DNA of 63,669 nt, the filler included, from Pelomyxa schiedti (taxonomy: Eukaryota; Protista; Evosea), in the NCBI GenBank assembly GCA_020536535.1. It is 5 parts of 5 records of this genome, joined end to end, with 100 filler letters (N's around TTAATTAATTAA, not from the genome) between each part and the next. Parts side by side here need not be neighbours in the genome. Positions count along the whole stretch, not along the records: positions 55,039 to 62,296 come from JAHLWZ010000107.1; positions 62,397 to 63,669 come from JAHLWZ010002632.1; 3 more parts are not named here. One strand, written 5' to 3'. Below, piece after piece: positions 58,765 through 63,669 of this stretch (positions within the stretch are counted from its first letter, which is position 1; each line of letters starts with the position of its first letter). Position numbers and translations under genes: made by a program. The notes beneath the pieces are model-generated. The model was given only the letters and a program-made list of their open reading frames with translations. It ran no database searches and was not told where the DNA came from.

Positions 58765-59629
58765 CAGCAAGGAGAGCTTGTTGTAATGGTGGTGCTGTGG
58801 CCATCCCATTCTGTTCATAGACTGTAAACCTAATAAGAAATAATTCTTGTTTGTTATCCATACTTTTCGAAAAAAAAGTGGGAGGCTAACAACTGGTCTC
58901 CTGATTATTAAAAAAGGAGAACTTGTTGTCTGGTGTTGCCACTTCCCTCAATCTTGTGTAATTTGGAACCTATTCAAATAAGTTACCTTTTTAATAGGTA
59001 TTATTATTCTTATTTTGTTGTTGGCAAACGATTGATTTGTGCAAATGCATCTGAAGATTTTCCATTATTGTCAGCCAGAGCCTTCCTGCTCGTGAATGTG
59101 GTGGGTCTAAATAGAATTAACAAACTCATAATAAAACCGGAAGGCAAAGTCCTTTAAGTTCCCCCACTTTTTAGTTTATGTTCTTGGGCATCTTTTTTAT
59201 TTTCTGAATCGTGTTAGAACAATGTACTGGGGGAGTCTGTACTTATAATTGTGGCCGGCCACTGTACCCTTTGCCTCGGTAGAAAACTCAGTAGCTACTC
59301 ATACACTCTATTCTAACTTGTGCTATGGAATAGCAGCACCTGATTATAATCACAGCAACTGTGGCAGCAGTAGTGCCGAGTTAACAAGTTAAAACGATAA
59401 TGTGGGGAAACTAAGTCGCCAATTTACTACGCACTAAGCGGCAACAAGCACGCGATGGCACAACACCATAATGGGACCCATTCTCAGAGACGAACAGCAC
59501 GCTGGTGGCTCGTAGACCTGGTGGACACCTCACTGTACAGTATCTCCACGATGTCTATAGACACTGCACCTCCGCTACATGGCTGAATAAAATAATCAAC
59601 AGACTGGTTTCGCCCTCACTCTTCTAAGA

Positions 59630-61469
59630 AAACAAACTGGCAGGAACAACGGCCATCAACGCCACTTCTACAGTGCGCAAGGTACCTCAACCACATTACA
59701 GTACAGCTGATCCCCAACGATACCATACCAACACACACACACCACAACAGCGGGGCTCCTCGTTCAGCTATTGTGATGAAGTGAACGGAGGAAGGTGTGA
59801 CGTCAGGTGGATGTGTTGTGTGTGCCACGCACCTGCGCACGTGCCCGTGGTCCACGAGTGCTGTGGCTCATGGCTGTGCTCTGCTTGCTCAGAATCGGTG
59901 TGTATTGTGGACAACATTGTCTCCATGTAATTACTTTTTTTTTTTTTCGATATCAACAGGTTGTGACATGTCCAGTGTGTGAGGAGAGGATAAGTGACGG
60001 AAAATTGAAACCTGTAACAGCGAAGACGATTATGTTGAAGCTCGCTGCGATTCAGGTTCGGTGCCCAACGTGCAACCAAGGCACCGAAAGGTATTCTCTC
60101 GATTTTCACGTTTCACACTGCCCATCAGGTTGGTGTGTTATCTTTTTTCTGTTGTGTTTAAGCTACCCAACTTTATCCAACTTAATATTGCTGTTAAGAC
60201 TGCCCGAAGAGATGTGGACAAAAAGTTGCACCCTATCAACAAGAAGAACATGAAAGAACAGAGTGCATGGCCATGTGCGAAGTTTGTGATGCATGTCAAC
60301 AATCCGTTCAAAGGAGATTTTTGAGGGATCATTCACACAAGAAGTTTGATTGCCCCTCAGGTTGATTTTACTTTCCAACAAAAATAACACACTCCAAAGA
60401 CTGCCCGAATGGGTGTGGTGATAAAGTGACACCAAGACAACTGGAGGAACACAAATCAACCGCATGCCAAAAGGCTGTTGTGAAATGCACTGCAGGCCGC
60501 TTTTGCACATGGTCAGGCTACAGGTGTTACCAGGATGAGCATGCTCAATCATGTGCTTTCATTAAAACGAGCCCTGTTCTCACCTCCCTTTTGGAAGAAA
60601 ACAAAACAATGCTAGAGATGATTGGAAGACGGGAAGGTTTTTCTTTCACACAACCTTTGGCACCTAACACTGAAAAAGCACAACTGAAGGACGCTGATGC
60701 GAACTACACCTCACTGAAGGACCAGCTGGTACTCGCAAACTCAAAGTGTATGGCACTGCAAGACCAACTGACACGCGCAAACTCAAAGTGTTTATCCCTT
60801 CAAGAGCAAGTTGATGCTTTAACAAGTATGACAATGTTTAAATCCTCACTTACCTCCATCTTCTTGAGGTCGATTGGGCTTGACACCGGCACTTGCCCCC
60901 ACATTACCTCCTAAATCAGGTTTTTCCACCCCTTGACATCCATTCCTGTTAAGTTTCAGCCAGTAACTCCCTGCTGCCTTCATGACGCCCGGCTGGGTGA
61001 ATCCCGCAGCAGTGGTGTGAGGATTGAACCATGCTTCACCATTGGGGCCACTGGCAAATGTTACCTATTCCGCAATGCACTGGCAGACACATCAGTGTCC
61101 AGCGGGGTGCACTACTGGGAAGTAACAAAGCTGGAAGAAAATGACTGCTACGCAGCAGTGGGCGTTGTGGATGGAACACTGCCCAGTGGAAGCCGAATTG
61201 GAACCACAGCAAACAGCTGGGGCATCAGGATATACCATGCGTGTGGGGCTCCAGAGTACTCAGGGGCATGGCATGCCAACACGCGCAAGGACTTCAATGT
61301 GGACTGGCCCAAGGGCTGCGTGATCGGCCTGCTTCTCGATGCGGACTCAGGGACACTGACAGTTTACAAGGACGGAGTGATGATTGGTGTGCCATTCACC
61401 AACGTGAGGGGTTCCCACCTCACTCTCCCGCATTCTCTGTGTGCCACAAGCACCCATCACTCCACGTGA
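59630..61469 (+). CDS. RING - TRAF-type zinc fingers - coiled coil - SPRY/B30.2 protein
   Basis: RING CCVCHAPAHVPVVHECCGSWLCSAC/VTCPVC; zf-TRAF units VRCPTC..HVSHCP, CPKRCGQ..HERTEC, CPNGCGD..HKSTAC, VKCTAGRFCTWSG..HAQSC; heptads; SPRY SGVHYWEV..VGVV..SWG..VIGLLLDADSGTLTVYKDG. Start and last exon are approximate. Confidence 0.8.
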
Positions 61470-61628
61470 ACTTCGCAGCCACGAGACCACAGGACTCCTA
61501 GTAGGCACCGAAATCAACAGTGTGGAAAACATTTCGGCTTCCTTTTTACATCCACCCAAGCTGGCAGGGATAACAGGGGGTCAGGAATCGTCGTCGTCAC
61601 CCAAGGTACCACCGGTTGTTGTTGTTGT

Positions 61629-61728
61629 NNNNNNNNNNNNNNNNNNNNNNNNNNNNNNNNNNNNNNNNNNNNNNNNNNNNNNNNNNNNNNNNNNNNNNNN
61701 NNNNNNNNNNNNNNNNNNNNNNNNNNNN
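61629..61728. other. 100-N scaffold gap without linker
   Basis: Plain run of 100 N between two near-identical sequences. Confidence 0.95.
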
Positions 61729-62296
61729 CTCCTAAATCAGGTTTTTCCACCCCTTGACATCCATTCCTGTTAAGTTTCAGCCAGTAACTCCCTGCTGCCT
61801 TCATGACGCCCGGCTGGGTGAATCCCGCAGCAGTGGTGTGAGGATTGAAGCATGCTTCACCATTGGAGCCACTGGCAAATGTGACCTATTCCGCAATGCA
61901 CTGGCAGACACATCAGTGTCCAGCGGGGTGCACTACTGGGAAGTAACAAAGCTGGAAGAAAATGACTGCTACGCAGCAGTCGGCGTTGTGGATGGAACAC
62001 TGCCCAGTGGAAGCCGAATTGGAACCACACCAAACAGCTGGGGCATCAGGATATACCATGCGTGTGGGGCTCCAGAGTACTCAGGGGCATGGCATGCCAA
62101 CACGTGCAAGGACTTCAATGTGGACTGGCCCACGTGACCTTCGCAGCCACGAGACCACAGGACTCCTAGTAGATGCCGAAATCAACAGTGTGGAAAACAT
62201 TTCGGCTTCCTTTTTACATCCACCCAAGCTGGCAGGGATAACAGGGGGTCAGGAATCGTCGTCGTCACCCAAGGTACCACCGGTTGTTGTTGTTGT
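61729..62296 (+). repeat. Near-identical second copy of 60908-61628 (SPRY exon) with a 153-bp internal deletion
   Basis: Same start (ctcctaaatcag) and end (gttgttgt); about nine substitutions; lacks the equivalent of 61311-61463. Confidence 0.92.
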
Positions 62297-62396
62297 NNNN
62301 NNNNNNNNNNNNNNNNNNNNNNNNNNNNNNNNNNNNNNNNTTAATTAATTAANNNNNNNNNNNNNNNNNNNNNNNNNNNNNNNNNNNNNNNNNNNN
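62297..62396. other. Artificial contig linker N44-TTAATTAATTAA-N44
   Basis: 12-mer at 62341-62352. Confidence 0.97.
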
Positions 62397-63059
62397 AAGC
62401 TCTGACCAGTCGGTTGATGTTTGGTGATTGGGTGTATGTTGCAAGACTGTTAACACTCCTGCTCTTTCTGATAGGAAATGAGTCGTCCTCCTGTATCTAT
62501 ATTTGTAAGTAATTTTGCCAGCTTACAGAATCAGCAAATATATCTGTCCAACACAAATATTTATAGTAAAAGCAAGTAAATTCGAGGAAACCAAACGAAA
62601 GCGAGATGAGGGAAAAAAAACATCAGTATCCAAAAGTAAATGTTGGACTGAGTGAATCAAACAAAGATTCTCAAAGATTGACACAAATGATCCATCACCA
62701 CCAACCAGGTAGTAGTTCATATTCGCGAGTGTCATCGACGGGGGCGACGTGATCCCACTTGGCCCCGTGAAGCTGCTGCTGCTGCTGCTGCTGGGCGCAC
62801 ACACATTGTGCTGGGTCTCCAGTAGCAGTGGCGACGCCTGCGGCCGCGTGCTGCTGCGCTCCGAGGACGAGGCCGCGTCGCCGCCGACGGGCGAGCGAGA
62901 GCGCGTCGCGGGCGACAGCGACGCGACGCTGGGGGACGACGCCGACGGCACGACCGCGCTGCCGACGCCGCCGACGCACGAGGAGCCCGTGCCACGGGAG
63001 AAGGCCCCGCCCAGGGGCGCGGACGTGGTCGCGCCAGAGACGGTGCGTGGCTGGTGCAT
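62397..63059 (-). CDS. 5' part of a hypothetical Ser-rich protein, truncated by the linker
   Basis: ATG 63059, GC-rich Ser/Gly low-complexity first exon, then AT-rich intron-like sequence; no domain recognised. Confidence 0.35.
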
Positions 63060-63499
63060 TTCTTTCTTTGCTCTCGCAACAACACAAAGCTCTCAAGGAA
63101 TGTGGCAATTGTGGGAGGATGAGGCAGGCTGGCTGCTGAGGCTGTCTGCCCGGGGGGTTTGTCGTTGGCGGCGGAGATTGTCGTTGAAGACAGAACCAAC
63201 TCGGCTTGGTGTGATTTCAATTTTCGTTGTTGTGTCTATTTGTTAATTACGTTATGAGGAAGTGCCGCGACTTCCGATAATCCGGATTTATGATATTGAA
63301 ATGAGACTTTCACTCAATTTTGGTCTGTGGTCACATCATATCACCAGCAGGAAATCCGCATGCCATCCCACGGAGGCTGTATGTATTCCCTCAAGCAATG
63401 ATCCGTGCACTGATCCTCTCAGCTTGCCTAAGGTTCCAAAAATGATCCACTGAGACCCAAGATCTCGATCAAAATCAACCAATCCAATTCGATCAACCA

Positions 63500-63669
63500 A
63501 TGAGCAAGCCCACGCCGACGGTGTCCGCGGCCATAGCCGTCCCGACGTCGTCGTCGTCGGGGCTCAGGAGCAGCGGGGGCTACGTCCCCACGCTGTCGAC
63601 GGTCGCGTGCGAGGACGTGCACCTCTACACCCTCTCGGCGTCGCCGCCGACGCTCTCCGAGGTGCCCTA
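63500..63669 (+). CDS. 5' end of a hypothetical protein running off the window
   Basis: ATG after an A-rich leader; GC3-rich open frame MSKPTPTVSAAIAVPTSSSSGLRSSGGYVPTLSTVACEDVHLYTLSASPPTLSEVP. Confidence 0.4.
   Translation, partial: MSKPTPTVSAAIAVPTSSSSGLRSSGGYVPTLSTVACEDVHLYTLSASPPTLSEVP

Overview
This is eukaryotic genomic DNA from an intron-rich protist; introns are mostly short (about 40-170 nt) GT-AG. rquA and the large MORN/TKL-kinase paralogue expansion point to an anaerobic amoebozoan, possibly an archamoeba such as Pelomyxa or Mastigamoeba; this is inference and was not checked against a database. The window is not one locus. Four artificial N44-TTAATTAATTAA-N44 linkers and one plain 100-N gap split it into segments 1-18935, 19036-40504, 40605-54938, 55039-62296 and 62397-63669. 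Segment 1 holds a claudin-like/SH3 gene, a CTD small phosphatase, UTP7, a strongly CpG-depleted stretch of decayed transposons (hAT-, piggyBac- and Merlin-like remnants, a 300-bp fold-back, an AsnRS fragment) and an ankyrin-like expanded-family gene. Segment 2 is gene-dense: a BRCT-IPT/TIG-DUF4062-STAND-TPR-polyPro-WH2 protein, rhodoquinone synthase rquA, a KGG/LEA-like repeat protein, a multi-TM PAS adenylate cyclase, a tandem double-GH13 amylase/glucosidase fusion and a phosducin-like protein. Segment 3 is an array of MORN-repeat proteins carrying either Ubl plus atypical (APQ) TKL kinase modules or a RING domain. Segment 4 has a DUF229-like fragment, a coiled-coil gene with an internal inverted duplication and a RING-zfTRAF-SPRY gene. 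I found no rRNA, tRNA or CRISPR array. Gene models are hand-spliced, so exon boundaries and some starts are approximate.
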